A DNA stretch of 64,000 nt from Nostoc sp. DedSLP01 (GTDB lineage Bacteria; Cyanobacteriota; Cyanobacteriia; Cyanobacteriales; Nostocaceae). The notes beneath the pieces are model-generated. The model did not search any database, had not been told where the DNA came from, and worked only from the letters and a program-made list of their open reading frames with translations. A program made the translations under genes and the position numbers. The stretch covers positions 241,903-305,902 of the forward strand of contig JAVRCJ020000005.1 of assembly GCA_034530875.2 (NCBI GenBank). The letters run 5' to 3'. Shown in pieces: positions 18,846 to 29,257 of the stretch (positions are counted from its first letter, which is position 1; every line of letters begins with the position of its first letter).

Positions 18846-21262
18846 TCTTCTTCTAGCACTTGTTCTACATATTTTTGTACCAAAGGCACTTGAAAAGCAT
18901 TGCCTTCTGAAGTCAAGATTTCTTTTCGCGCCAGTTTGCGCACAACACCTTTATCTTGTGGTGTAGGAATTTCGCCTTGAATTAAACGCCGGAGTAAATT
19001 ACGGTCATTCTCTGCTAAACTCCTCCATAATTCCCGAAAATACTGAACCCCTACCTCAAGCACTTGCGGAATAATCTCTTGGACATTTTGTGCAGTGGCT
19101 TTGACTGTATCTGCATTTCCCTGGTTTCTTCTAATATCGCCATTTAGCGACTCCACCAACTCGTAACATACCAACTGAACCAGAAAAGGCTGACAGCGAG
19201 TCAGTTGAATAATTGCATCTACAGCAGTTGGTTCGTATATATTGGTAAAGTTCTCCACTGGATTTAAAATCAAATCGCGGGCTTCTAATTCTTGCAGGTA
19301 GGTCATTCGCAAAACACGGGTGTTAATTAAATAGTCACTCCAGTAATCTTCAAGTTCAGATAACTCGTGCGAACCGCTAAAAAGTAAAATCCATTTTTGG
19401 TGGTGTTGCAGCAGGTTACGAATAAAGTTGAGTGGCGCACGGCTGTTTGTTGCTTTGACGACTTCATCCAAGCGTTCGTATTCATCTAAACACAAAAGAA
19501 ATCGGTGGCTGCGGTTGCTGCGTTCTATTTCTGTTAACCAAGTTTGCAGCGCCGGAAATGGATCTTCAGCTATTTTCTTGGCATCTGGATTAGGCAAGAA
19601 TACTTTGCGGGGTAATCGCCGTGCAGCTTCAATTATTTGTTGAGCTAAATTTTCAGCCAATCCTTTTAACGTTGTCGCTGATGCTGCACCCTGTAAATCT
19701 ACCAGCAAAGGTACGATATCTGAGCCAATTCTATAAGGTAGATATTTCAACGCTGAGGTTTTCCCTGTCCTCCGCCCACCATAAAGTAATAATACTGGTG
19801 GTTGCTCAGAAAGCGCCAATGTTTCAATTTCTCGAAATATGTCAATTCGCCCTTTGAAACGATTCTTTGCTGTTTCCGGGTCTAGGGAATTACCAGCAAT
19901 ATAAACTTGGCGAATTTCTGTTGATTGCTGTGCCTGTTCCTCTAAAGTACGCTGTGCCGTCTCTAGTATCGTCAGCCAGCCTTGTGCAGCGTTGCCAAAA
20001 GAGACAGCAGTGCGAGCATCTTTTGTCAAAGCTAGACTTTGCCCCAGTTGGCGTAATGCGTTGATGGGAATGTTCAGTAACTCATATTTCCGATAAGGTG
20101 AAGTTGCTTCCTCTGAAGCCCTTACATCCTGGCTGATTTTCAAAAATTCGGGTAAAACAGCGACAATTTCCTTTGGTGGTGGTGAAGGAATCCATGCTAG
20201 TTGGTTGGCAATCTCCACAATATCGCTCAACCTCTGACAACGATTGAAAATATCTACAGCAATACCAGAAATTGCTTGTGCTGCAACTTTTTGCTGGTTG
20301 GTGGAAGAGATTAGATAATCAATAGTCTCACGGGCAGCAGCAGGGTTCTTTCGATAAGCTTCTACAATAATCACATCCATGAAAGGCAGAGGCAAAATAA
20401 TCAATTCATCAAAGCGAGGAGGCAGATATCGCAAACAATTTACCCGCTTTCCATTGGGAAACAAAAAGAAGAAGGTGAGTATCGAGAGCATTTCTGGCAA
20501 CCACAAGTAAACCCGCAACACACCTAAAACCCATGCCACGCCTAGCACCACGCCTTTCGCTACGCCTCCTACCACGCCTCCCACCACGCCTAGCATCACG
20601 CCTACCGCCACGCCTCCCACCACGCCTACCGCCACGCCGAACTCCATGCCGAACGTCACGCCGAACGTCGCGCCTACTGCCACGCCTACTGCCACATCTA
20701 ACGCCACGCCTCCCGCTACACCTACCGCCACGCCTACCACCACGCCTAGCACCACGCCTACCGCCATGCCTACCGCCACACCTACCGCCACGCCTCCCAC
20801 CATGCTTACCGCCACGCCGAACGTCACGCCGAACGCCACGCCTGATAAAAATTGAATTGCCAAAAATATGCTAAGGATAGCAACAAGGATAATAATTAGC
20901 CTATTTTTATTACCGCCACGGTCTAGAACTCTTCCTATAAACCAGCCCACCAAAAAAACACAACTTATAAACCAGTTAAAAGGCTCACCACTAACCAGAG
21001 TGTAAACTGGTGCTACCAGCAACACGGCAAATATTGGAACTACAGCAGTTAGCCACCAAACTTGGCTAGCATACCGACGCAGGCGGGGGTTAGTACGAAA
21101 CTCAGACCGTTTAGGAAAAGGGTCATCTATCGGCTTAAGTTCTGGATGGATATCGCGCAGCCAACGTTCAAAGGTAAAAGGTTTGAAGCAAATCCAATAC
21201 AAGAGACGCACGCATTCACCCACATAATTCCAAAAGCCCGATGCTGGAGACGTGTTACTCAT
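18842..21262 (-). CDS. Membrane-anchored STAND-like P-loop ATPase with an N-terminal Gly/Val/Ala repeat membrane domain
   Basis: Pre-NTPase motif YIAGN..FKGR, Walker A GGRRTGKT, Walker B LLCLDEYE, and helical motif CQPFLVQ. The N-terminus carries TMs with (GVAV)n. Confidence 0.8.
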   Translation of the reverse strand: MSNTSPASGFWNYVGECVRLLYWICFKPFTFERWLRDIHPELKPIDDPFPKRSEFRTNPRLRRYASQVWWLTAVVPIFAVLLVAPVYTLVSGEPFNWFISCVFLVGWFIGRVLDRGGNKNRLIIILVAILSIFLAIQFLSGVAFGVTFGVAVSMVGGVAVGVAVGMAVGVVLGVVVGVAVGVAGGVALDVAVGVAVGATFGVTFGMEFGVAVGVVGGVAVGVMLGVVGGVVGGVAKGVVLGVAWVLGVLRVYLWLPEMLSILTFFFLFPNGKRVNCLRYLPPRFDELIILPLPFMDVIIVEAYRKNPAAARETIDYLISSTNQQKVAAQAISGIAVDIFNRCQRLSDIVEIANQLAWIPSPPPKEIVAVLPEFLKISQDVRASEEATSPYRKYELLNIPINALRQLGQSLALTKDARTAVSFGNAAQGWLTILETAQRTLEEQAQQSTEIRQVYIAGNSLDPETAKNRFKGRIDIFREIETLALSEQPPVLLLYGGRRTGKTSALKYLPYRIGSDIVPLLVDLQGAASATTLKGLAENLAQQIIEAARRLPRKVFLPNPDAKKIAEDPFPALQTWLTEIERSNRSHRFLLCLDEYERLDEVVKATNSRAPLNFIRNLLQHHQKWILLFSGSHELSELEDYWSDYLINTRVLRMTYLQELEARDLILNPVENFTNIYEPTAVDAIIQLTRCQPFLVQLVCYELVESLNGDIRRNQGNADTVKATAQNVQEIIPQVLEVGVQYFRELWRSLAENDRNLLRRLIQGEIPTPQDKGVVRKLARKEILTSEGNAFQVPLVQKYVEQVLEEE
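20533..20845 (-). repeat. 12-nt degenerate tandem repeat (about 25 units) encoding GVxx tetrapeptides
   Basis: Plus-strand units such as CCACGCCTACCG and CCACGCCTCCCA translate to GVAV/GVAG/GVTF on the minus strand. Confidence 0.9.
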
Positions 21263-21264
21263 TG

Positions 21265-22326
21265 CTACTTTATCCCCAACTTGTCACGCACAAAATCCCA
21301 AACTTCGTTCCAGTGCAGCACACCCACCAAAACCAAAACTGGTAAAAGCAGAATCACTAACCCAATAATCCAGTTGCTAATATCATCAACAGTTCCACCG
21401 ATGAATTTGGGTATCTTCCCTAGACGCACTGGCAAATCCCAAAATAACCAACGCAGCCATAATTGCCATCGCTGTTCTTTTGATGCCGATTTAGCTTTAG
21501 TCAGCTGTTGTTTAAACTGCTGTTTCGCCCACTTGATTGGCTTGCCTTGTTGACGTGCTTCCCACAAATAGTAACCAGCCAATTGCAACTTGTAAGGATG
21601 ACGATCGCCCCATTGCTGCACACAATTCTGTTCGTCTACACTCAAAGCAGCACCATTAATAGAACGACTTGGTAAACGCGACAGTTCAATAGCCTCATCT
21701 GTAGTTAGTTCTTGCAAATAAATAGTGTGACCGAGATTGAAAAAACTAGAGCCGAAGTGATGCTCGTTAGCATAAACATCCAGTTGTTTGCGGGAAGCCA
21801 CCACTAACATCAAGGCGTTGCTATCCATTAGCGATCGCAAATTATCATAAAATCCATTATCGAATTTATCGGGATATCTCAAAAGGCTTTCAAAATCATC
21901 CAGACACAACACGGGTAGCTTTCCTTGCTGTTTCCATTCCTTAACTGCATCAGAAAAAGCTTGACGATTCAGCAGTTTACTCTTCCAAGGATTTTGCAAA
22001 TTGCGTTGTTGCCATCCCGGAACGTGACTGAGTAAACCTTCCGCTACAGCCTCATAAAAACCCGTTTCAGTTTGGCAATCTACACCCCGTAACGCTAAGT
22101 AAATTACTACATAACGGTTAGTGTTTTGTAATACTCGCTGCTCCCAAGTGCGAACGAAATAATACAGCAGTGAAGATTTACCGATGTGCTTGTCACCAAC
22201 TACGTTGATGCTTGTAGGCTGGTCGCCCTTCATTCGAGAAGCGATCGCATTTAGTTCATCTTTACGCCCCACAAACAGCCTCGGATCTTCAATCATCCCC
22301 GCAGCTAAAAAAGGGTTATCAGCCAT
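21265..22326 (-). CDS. STAND-like P-loop ATPase with a C-terminal membrane anchor
   Basis: NPF...FVGRKDEL, Walker A GDKHIGKS, Walker B LCLDDFE, HPYKLQ and a C-terminal TM (WIIGLVILLLPVLVLVGVL). The likely start is the ATG at 22326. Confidence 0.8.
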   Translation of the reverse strand: MADNPFLAAGMIEDPRLFVGRKDELNAIASRMKGDQPTSINVVGDKHIGKSSLLYYFVRTWEQRVLQNTNRYVVIYLALRGVDCQTETGFYEAVAEGLLSHVPGWQQRNLQNPWKSKLLNRQAFSDAVKEWKQQGKLPVLCLDDFESLLRYPDKFDNGFYDNLRSLMDSNALMLVVASRKQLDVYANEHHFGSSFFNLGHTIYLQELTTDEAIELSRLPSRSINGAALSVDEQNCVQQWGDRHPYKLQLAGYYLWEARQQGKPIKWAKQQFKQQLTKAKSASKEQRWQLWLRWLFWDLPVRLGKIPKFIGGTVDDISNWIIGLVILLLPVLVLVGVLHWNEVWDFVRDKLGIK

Positions 22327-22894
22327 TATCTGTAAAGTTTGATTACATAAATTTCTCAATTAATGTTTCTGATAATAAACCAAAAATCTGCCAGAGCAAT
22401 TTATTTAATAATTTCTAAGAAAGAAATTATTGGATATTTTTTTTATTTGTAAGTTTATTATTGGATAAAAATTCGCTAGGTGATTATAGTTTTAAAAAAT
22501 AGAAATTATTTTCCAGAGAAATGGCGATCGCCTTGTTAGCTATAGCTTTTTATTCTCAAAATCAAAATTGATTAATGTTACAGCGCATTGCATTGCTAAA
22601 TTAATGAGCATAAAGAATAGCTACTATTTGCTGTTTATTACTATCCTACAAATTGGCAAAATAGCTATCTTGATTTGCGAATTGCAGAACAAATGCAAAT
22701 TAAGATGGTAGATTTTCGTACAACTTGGGTAACCTAAAACCAGGCATCGTCTAAGTGTATTAGAGTTTTTATTCTTTTTTATAAATGCGTTTTAAATCTT
22801 GGTAGACACAGAGTGGTTTGTTGCAGACATCGTAGCCCTATACCCAGCCACCAATCCCCAATCCCCATTAAAATCAGGAGCTAGTAAAGCATAA

Positions 22895-25837
22895 ATGAGT
22901 CAACTTTTAAAATATTTTTTAGCGATCGATAACAACCACCTCAACCTTTATAAAAAACTACTCAGCAGTCTTGCTCTGTTACTGTGCTACCTGAATATTG
23001 GAATCCAATCAGCTCAGGCAGAAGGTAGCCGCACCCTATATCCCAGTAATGCCCCAGCCAGCAGTAGCAGAGCTAACTTAGAGTGGCGTACTGATACTTA
23101 TGGCGGTTTGGTGCTGCGACGAACTTTACTAAAAGTCTATGCCAACAAAGATGAATATATTCTTTTGGGTTCCAGCGCAGTTGGTGTAAATAATGGTAAT
23201 ATTCGCGTTTACAACCCCGGTCGTGTCAGTGGAAGTATTGGCAGTGAAACCGTTCCCAACACGCCAGATTTTGTGTGTACTTCTCAAGCTGGGCGGGGCA
23301 TTATCTCGACTCGCCAACAGGAGTTAAGTGGCCCCCGTGCAATCTCTGGCGGAGGCAATCCCAACGGCTATATTCCCTGCTATTACCAAGCTCCATCCAC
23401 TGGAGTTTATGACATCGTTTTTTACGGGCCTGATGGGGGTAACTCTTCAGCAAATGGCGCTCCCACTGGTGAAATTAATTTGAGTAGTGGGAACAACTTT
23501 AATGCTCAACAAGGAACTAGTGTTGCAGCTTGGGATGTAACGATACGTAGTAACGATCAAACTTCAACAACTGATTTGAATGGGCGCTTATTCAGCTATT
23601 ATCTTGCTCTTTTTACTGGCAGTAACGGTCGATATCTCAACTTCCCTGTCTATCCGGTAACCACAGATGGTTTCCAATATAAAGTAGAACTTAGAGGTAC
23701 AGATCCTAATGGATTTGTTCTTTACGGTAATCAAACTGGCTTTTTTGATAGCGACGGGATAACACCTCTGTACCACGACATACTGGGGGCTGATAGTCAG
23801 CTATCAAATCCCCAAGGTGGTGTTAGCTTGTCTCGTCCCCAATACGCTACCTTTTTTAACCCCATCAATGCCAACGTACTTCCTTACATTGAGCGTTACA
23901 AACGAGATGGCACTTTAGAAGGAACTGGCATTCCCCTTACCCCAATTATTCCTGTTGTTAGTAATTTACAATTCAACGGCACGGTTACAGGAAATAGCAG
24001 TTCTTATGGTACGGGTGGTGCTTTAAGCTTTGACAGCAACGTTGCAGGTACTTACGAACTGGTTATCAGCCGAGACGGGAGTAATTTCGATCCCACTAAC
24101 TCCCAAAACCGTGTTTTGCGAGGGATTATGCTGACAACCGGACAGCAAACAATTAATTGGGATGGTAAAGATAACAGTGGCAATTTTTTTCCGGTTGGGA
24201 GTGATTACAAAGTTCGTGTCAGAACCTTCGGAGGTGAATATCACTTTCCCTTGCTGGATGCGGAAAACAATTTTACTGGCGGCCCTACCATTACGATGCT
24301 GAATGCCACTAATCCTATAGGCAACACCAAAGGATTTTACGACGATCGCGGTTATAAAACCATCGGTGGCACTCAAATTGGTACATCTGGTCAAGTACTC
24401 TGTGGTATTAATCCACCAAACCCAGCCTTTAGCGACCCAATTAATGGCTTTGACACCGCCAGCAATGACCGGAAATTTGGTCAGTCTGGTAATGCTGGTA
24501 ATGCTGGGACATCATGCAACGGCTCTTTTGGAGATACAAAAGGATTGGATTTATGGACTTATTATCCCGGCCAAACTGCACCAACTCCATTGAATATTAT
24601 CGATAAAGTTTCATCCAAGGCTGGCAAAGTCATCATCAATGAAGTTTTATATAACGAAACTGGCACAAATACTAGTACTAATGATGAATTTATCGAACTT
24701 TATAATCCATCTTCATCAGCAGTAGATTTGAGTGGTTTGAAGTTAGCAGATGGACACCTAACTGCTAATAATAATGATAGTACTAACGGCTTTACTTATA
24801 CATTTCCTAACGGCACAACTTTACAACCAGGACAATATGCAGTGATTTGGATTGGCGATAACAATCCCAATCATCAAGCCACAGGAGCAGCTTTTCAAAC
24901 TTGGTTGGGACAAACTCCCAAACTCAACAATTTGGGTGATGATGTTTGGTTGTACGATAATCAAAATCAAATTATTGACTATGTTGCTTACGGCAGTGGT
25001 AATGAAATTAATACACCTCCCGCAAGCGTTCTCAATCTTTGGGACAATACATATCAGTCTTCGTTAATTGGGGCTAACATTGGACAATCTATTAGCTTAA
25101 CTCCCAATGGACAGGATACCAATGTCAGCGCTTGCTGGGAAGCAAGTACCAGCGGGAACGCCAGCAGCCGATGTCCAAATTATCTGCCAACCAGAGACAC
25201 TGATACTACAGGTACTCGCGTTACTAGCGTTGGCGAAAACAATAATGGTGCGACTACAACCAATGCAAAGCTTTTGTTGGTGAAACGCATCACTCGCATC
25301 AATAATCAAGATTTAACCGACATTGTAGATGGTCGTAGCGATGTGGCGACTACTGCTGCCAATTATCTACCAGAACCATTCGCTTCTGATGATAACGATG
25401 CAAAATGGCCTGCTGGCTATCTCCGGGGATTGATTAATGCTGGGACTGTGAAGCCAACAGATGAGGTGGAATATACTATCTACTTCCTTTCCAAGGGGCC
25501 AAATGATGCTACTAACGTTAAATTTTGCGACTTAGTTCCGAGTAATGCTACTTTTATTCCCACTGCATTTAATGGTAATACTCCTACTGATGGCGGTTTA
25601 CCAGGAGCAGATCGAGGTATCGCCCTTGCAATTAGTTCCAGCACTCCTACAGTTTACCTGAGCGATGTTGCAGATAGCGATCGCGGACGTTTTTACTCTG
25701 CAAGCGAGTCAGCACCATCATCCTGCGGTACTAATACCAATGGCGCTGTAGTAGTTAATATCACCCGCAGCCCAGATTTACCCAATTTAGCCAAAGATGT
25801 TTACGGTTTTATCCGCTTCCGCACCAAAGTCAAGTAG
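22895..25837 (+). CDS. Secreted/surface protein with FlgD-like Ig, lamin-tail and DUF11-like domains
   Basis: Signal peptide ending AQA-EG; INWDGKDNSG; lamin-tail motif VIINEV...DEFIELYN...LQPGQY...LNNLGD; C-terminal VEYTIYF...YGFIRFRTKVK. Confidence 0.7.
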   Translation: MSQLLKYFLAIDNNHLNLYKKLLSSLALLLCYLNIGIQSAQAEGSRTLYPSNAPASSSRANLEWRTDTYGGLVLRRTLLKVYANKDEYILLGSSAVGVNNGNIRVYNPGRVSGSIGSETVPNTPDFVCTSQAGRGIISTRQQELSGPRAISGGGNPNGYIPCYYQAPSTGVYDIVFYGPDGGNSSANGAPTGEINLSSGNNFNAQQGTSVAAWDVTIRSNDQTSTTDLNGRLFSYYLALFTGSNGRYLNFPVYPVTTDGFQYKVELRGTDPNGFVLYGNQTGFFDSDGITPLYHDILGADSQLSNPQGGVSLSRPQYATFFNPINANVLPYIERYKRDGTLEGTGIPLTPIIPVVSNLQFNGTVTGNSSSYGTGGALSFDSNVAGTYELVISRDGSNFDPTNSQNRVLRGIMLTTGQQTINWDGKDNSGNFFPVGSDYKVRVRTFGGEYHFPLLDAENNFTGGPTITMLNATNPIGNTKGFYDDRGYKTIGGTQIGTSGQVLCGINPPNPAFSDPINGFDTASNDRKFGQSGNAGNAGTSCNGSFGDTKGLDLWTYYPGQTAPTPLNIIDKVSSKAGKVIINEVLYNETGTNTSTNDEFIELYNPSSSAVDLSGLKLADGHLTANNNDSTNGFTYTFPNGTTLQPGQYAVIWIGDNNPNHQATGAAFQTWLGQTPKLNNLGDDVWLYDNQNQIIDYVAYGSGNEINTPPASVLNLWDNTYQSSLIGANIGQSISLTPNGQDTNVSACWEASTSGNASSRCPNYLPTRDTDTTGTRVTSVGENNNGATTTNAKLLLVKRITRINNQDLTDIVDGRSDVATTAANYLPEPFASDDNDAKWPAGYLRGLINAGTVKPTDEVEYTIYFLSKGPNDATNVKFCDLVPSNATFIPTAFNGNTPTDGGLPGADRGIALAISSSTPTVYLSDVADSDRGRFYSASESAPSSCGTNTNGAVVVNITRSPDLPNLAKDVYGFIRFRTKVK

Positions 25838-25891
25838 GGGGTTGACTGATGACTGATGAGTTAGGAGTTAGGAGTTATTCCCCTAGTCCCC

Positions 25892-26152
25892 TTACCCGCC
25901 GCTAACTGGCGGAATTAAGACGACTTCATCGCCATCTTGTAGTAGAGTATCTGGTTCGACAAATATCAGATTAATTCCAAAGCGTGTAATATCACGCCAT
26001 TGGGACAGTTCGGGGTGTTTGGCTATGAGGCGATCGCATACTGCTTTCACCGGAGTACCATAAGGAAATTCCAGCACCAGTTCTGAAAGCTGAAACGCTT
26101 CTTGATAAGCGGCAAACAATTTGACAGTAACGGTGATTGCAGATTTAGACAT
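25892..26152 (-). CDS. moaD: Molybdopterin synthase sulfur carrier (MoaD/ThiS)
   Basis: VTVKLFAAY...DGDEVVLIPPVSGG with a C-terminal Gly-Gly. The real start is the ATG at 26152. Confidence 0.9.
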   Translation of the reverse strand: MSKSAITVTVKLFAAYQEAFQLSELVLEFPYGTPVKAVCDRLIAKHPELSQWRDITRFGINLIFVEPDTLLQDGDEVVLIPPVSGG

Positions 26153-26193
26153 ACAAAATGCTTTGGCAGCGCCAGGAAGTAGTTTAACAAGAA

Positions 26194-26352
26194 AGAATTC
26201 ACAAGTCAGGAGCCAGAATTCAGCATGAATTTGAGTGCGGCTGGCGAATGAATAAGTGGGTTTAAGTCCCCCACTAAATCTTTGATGAGCGTGGTCTGCA
26301 ATTAGTGGTGGGTCTGAATCCCCCACTATATTGATTCTGAATTCTGAATTCT
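26194..26352 (-). repeat. Small dispersed repeat (about 150-nt family), copy B
   Basis: Reverse-complement homology to 11150-11294, with GAATTC-rich ends. Confidence 0.75.
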
Positions 26353-26724
26353 TCTTCAATGCCTGACAACTACCCTGAATTTTTGAAGTTTATTATACAT
26401 TAATAAACAGGTAAGCACAAATCAACGTGGAATAATATTATCCCACTCAAGTCAAACTAATTCGCAATTAGCAATTTGCTGCTTTTTGCAATTATTACCC
26501 CACGCCCAAAGGCGGGGGCTTGAATATTAATACTACGTATTTTTATTTTTTCTCAATAAATTGAGAGTAGATTCCCAGTTGGAAATACTCTGATTTAATT
26601 AAAAATATCCGATCGGATGATGAATAAAAATAATATTTTTTGCTTGAGATTCCCGATTTATCTAAAAAATCAGGAATCTTATTTTTGAGAGGAGTCGAAC
26701 TAGCAAAAGTCCAACTGAGTTTCA

Positions 26725-27099
26725 TCACTCATCTATACGTAGCAGCTTGCGATAAAACCCTTGTGAAAAATCGGTGGCGCGATAACGTTTATAGTTTTCC
26801 ATAAGTTCAATTAAATAATTAATAAACTCGAAACTAGCCATCATCAGTTCGTAACTCAATTCAGCATTGCCATCAAACTGTACTCGGCAACGTGTTAAAT
26901 CTGAAGGGAGGGTAGCAACATTCCAGGAAGCAACAAAAGGGACATGTTCGCTAGCTTCTATCTTTCGGTGTCCTTCTAAAACCCCTTTTTGATAAAGACT
27001 AATCGCATACGGTAAAAAATTCCTTTTAGCGCCCTGAACGTAAGGTAAGTAAACGCTGGCTTGTTGTTGAGTGGCTGGTTGGAGTTGCTCAATAGACAT
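26725..27099 (-). CDS. ebsA: Type IV pilus/secretion complex protein EbsA
   Basis: Recognised cyanobacterial sequence MSIEQLQPA..VYLPY..LPYAISLYQKG.LEG.R.IE..DFSQ.FYRKLL, with a GAGG RBS before the ATG at 27099. Confidence 0.8.
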   Translation of the reverse strand: MSIEQLQPATQQQASVYLPYVQGAKRNFLPYAISLYQKGVLEGHRKIEASEHVPFVASWNVATLPSDLTRCRVQFDGNAELSYELMMASFEFINYLIELMENYKRYRATDFSQGFYRKLLRIDE

Positions 27100-27710
27100 T
27101 GTTAAATATTTCCTCAAGTTAGTTGGCAACTGGTGATAGGCTCTTAGTAGTATTCCCAAAAATTGTGTTTAAACTACACAGTGGGGAAATAGGGGTAGAG
27201 AGGCAGGGGAGGTGGGGGAGTGGGGAGGCAGAGGAGAATAACTAATGACAAATACTCAATTAATGAAGTTAATGCTAAGAAATATTAAAATTTCGGTTAC
27301 AATAAGGCTGCATTAACTTTTATCGATGTTGGGGCAATAGACTAAAAAATCCCTGCTGTAAAGTGGTGGATGGGGTTATTGCTGTTTCTCCCATAGACAA
27401 GCTAATGTTGCCTGGCGATCGCTTTGCTGAATCTGGAATTTGTATCCGTGAGAATCTTACTCTACAAGCTTCCTAGCCAAAGGGCTATCAAAGGAATCAA
27501 GCTTGTATCTAAGAGTGACAAATGCGGTTAATGCGAGGTAATGAAATAGAGTAGCGGCAATAACAAAGTAGTCCCAGCCTCGGCTCAGGGATAGCGGGTA
27601 TTCCAGTTTGCCTATTCCGATTAATGTCGGAAAAAGTAGCTTAAGGATATTTGCCCGTAAAATTACTAACTGTAAACAAATAGTGATTTTTGAATCAACC
27701 AATCCAACCT

Positions 27711-29117
27711 ATGCCAGCCAATTCCTGGCCCGAAGAAAATTCTTATCAAGAGCTCGATCCACTCAACTCCTTGCTCTCTGACATTTCAGTAGATGACGAG
27801 CCTGCGTTAGAGACGCAATCAATGTCTCTACCATCCCGGTTTCACGGTCGTAGGCGTAAAGCAGCTCTAGTCTTGACTATCGTCTGGAGTGGAACGATCG
27901 CTTTGCATTTAGTTTCTTGGGCATCCATATTTATACTAGGATTGACCACCGTTTTAGGGCTTCATGCGTTGGTGGTAGTTTTTACTAAACCTCGCCACTA
28001 TCCAAAAGAAATGAAGGGAGACTATCCCTGCGTATCTGTGTTAGTGGCCGCGAAAAATGAGGAAGCGGTAATTGGTAAATTAGCCAAAAATCTTTGTAAT
28101 CTCGATTATCCAGATGGTAAATACGAAGTCTGGGTAATTGACGATCGCAGCAGCGATAATACACCCAATTTATTAGCAGAATTACAACAAAAATATGACA
28201 AACTTAAAGTGCTCACGCGCTCGGCAGATGCTACTGGCGGTAAGTCAGGAGCATTGAATCAGGTACTACCGCTGACAAAGGGCGAAATCATCGCCGTGTT
28301 TGATGCTGATGCTCAAGTGACACCAGATTTATTAACACAAGTAATACCTTTATTCCAAAGAGAAAATGTGGGGGCGGTGCAGGTACGAAAAGCGATCGCC
28401 AACGCCAAAGAAAATTTTTGGACTAAGGGTCAAATGGCGGAAATGGCTCTTGATACTTGGTTTCAGCAACAGCGGACAGCCCTTGGTGGAATTGGCGAAC
28501 TGCGCGGAAACGGCCAATTTGTCAGGCGTTCGGCTTTAGAAAGCTGCGATGGCTGGAATGAAGAAACCATTACCGATGACTTGGATTTGACAATCCGCTT
28601 ACATCTGGAAAAATGGGATATTGAGTGTGTTTTCCATCCAGCAGTGCAAGAAGAAGGAGTAACAAAGACAGTTGCACTTTGGCATCAACGCAACCGTTGG
28701 GCAGAAGGCGGATATCAACGCTACTTGGATTATTGGGATTTAATTCTCAAAAACCGCATGGGAAGCCGCAAAACCTGGGATTTGCTGATGTTCATGTTGA
28801 TTATGTACATCTTGCCCACAGCAGCAATACCAGATTTATTAATGGCGATCGCTCGTCATCGTCCACCGATATTAAGCCCCATTACCACCTTGTCGATCTC
28901 TATGTCGATGGTAGGCATGTTCACAGGCTTGAGGCGGATACGTCAAGATCGGGAATTTTCATTTTCTACGTATTTTACCTTACTGCTACAGACGATACGC
29001 GGCAGTTTATACATGTTGCACTGGCTAGTAGTCATGAGCAGTACTACCGCCCGCATGTCCATCAGACCTAAGCGCCTGAAATGGGTGAAAACCTTGCATA
29101 CGGGAGCTGGGGACTAG
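27711..29117 (+). CDS. mgdA: Monoglucosyldiacylglycerol synthase (GT2)
   Basis: Processive GT2 motifs (DD, DAD, TDD, QRNRW), GELRGNGQF and GRRRKAAL plus TMs, typical of cyanobacterial MgdA. Confidence 0.8.
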   Translation: MPANSWPEENSYQELDPLNSLLSDISVDDEPALETQSMSLPSRFHGRRRKAALVLTIVWSGTIALHLVSWASIFILGLTTVLGLHALVVVFTKPRHYPKEMKGDYPCVSVLVAAKNEEAVIGKLAKNLCNLDYPDGKYEVWVIDDRSSDNTPNLLAELQQKYDKLKVLTRSADATGGKSGALNQVLPLTKGEIIAVFDADAQVTPDLLTQVIPLFQRENVGAVQVRKAIANAKENFWTKGQMAEMALDTWFQQQRTALGGIGELRGNGQFVRRSALESCDGWNEETITDDLDLTIRLHLEKWDIECVFHPAVQEEGVTKTVALWHQRNRWAEGGYQRYLDYWDLILKNRMGSRKTWDLLMFMLIMYILPTAAIPDLLMAIARHRPPILSPITTLSISMSMVGMFTGLRRIRQDREFSFSTYFTLLLQTIRGSLYMLHWLVVMSSTTARMSIRPKRLKWVKTLHTGAGD

Positions 29118-29257
29118 GGCATAGGGCATGAGGCAGGGGAGATGGGGAAGTGTGGGAAGTGTGGGGAGAGAAGGGGGAAAGATTTCTTCCCCATCCTCCC
29201 AAACCCCCCACACCTCCTGCTTACCCAATGCCCCATGCCCAATGCCCCATAGCCAAT

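Noticed and set aside
20533..20874. Plus-strand Pro/Arg-rich and Pro/Thr-rich ORFs
   Set aside because: Antisense shadows of the 12-nt repeat in the minus-strand ATPase.
26153..26359. N-terminal extension of MoaD in the ORF track
   Set aside because: It runs through a dispersed repeat; MoaD homology begins at Met 26152.
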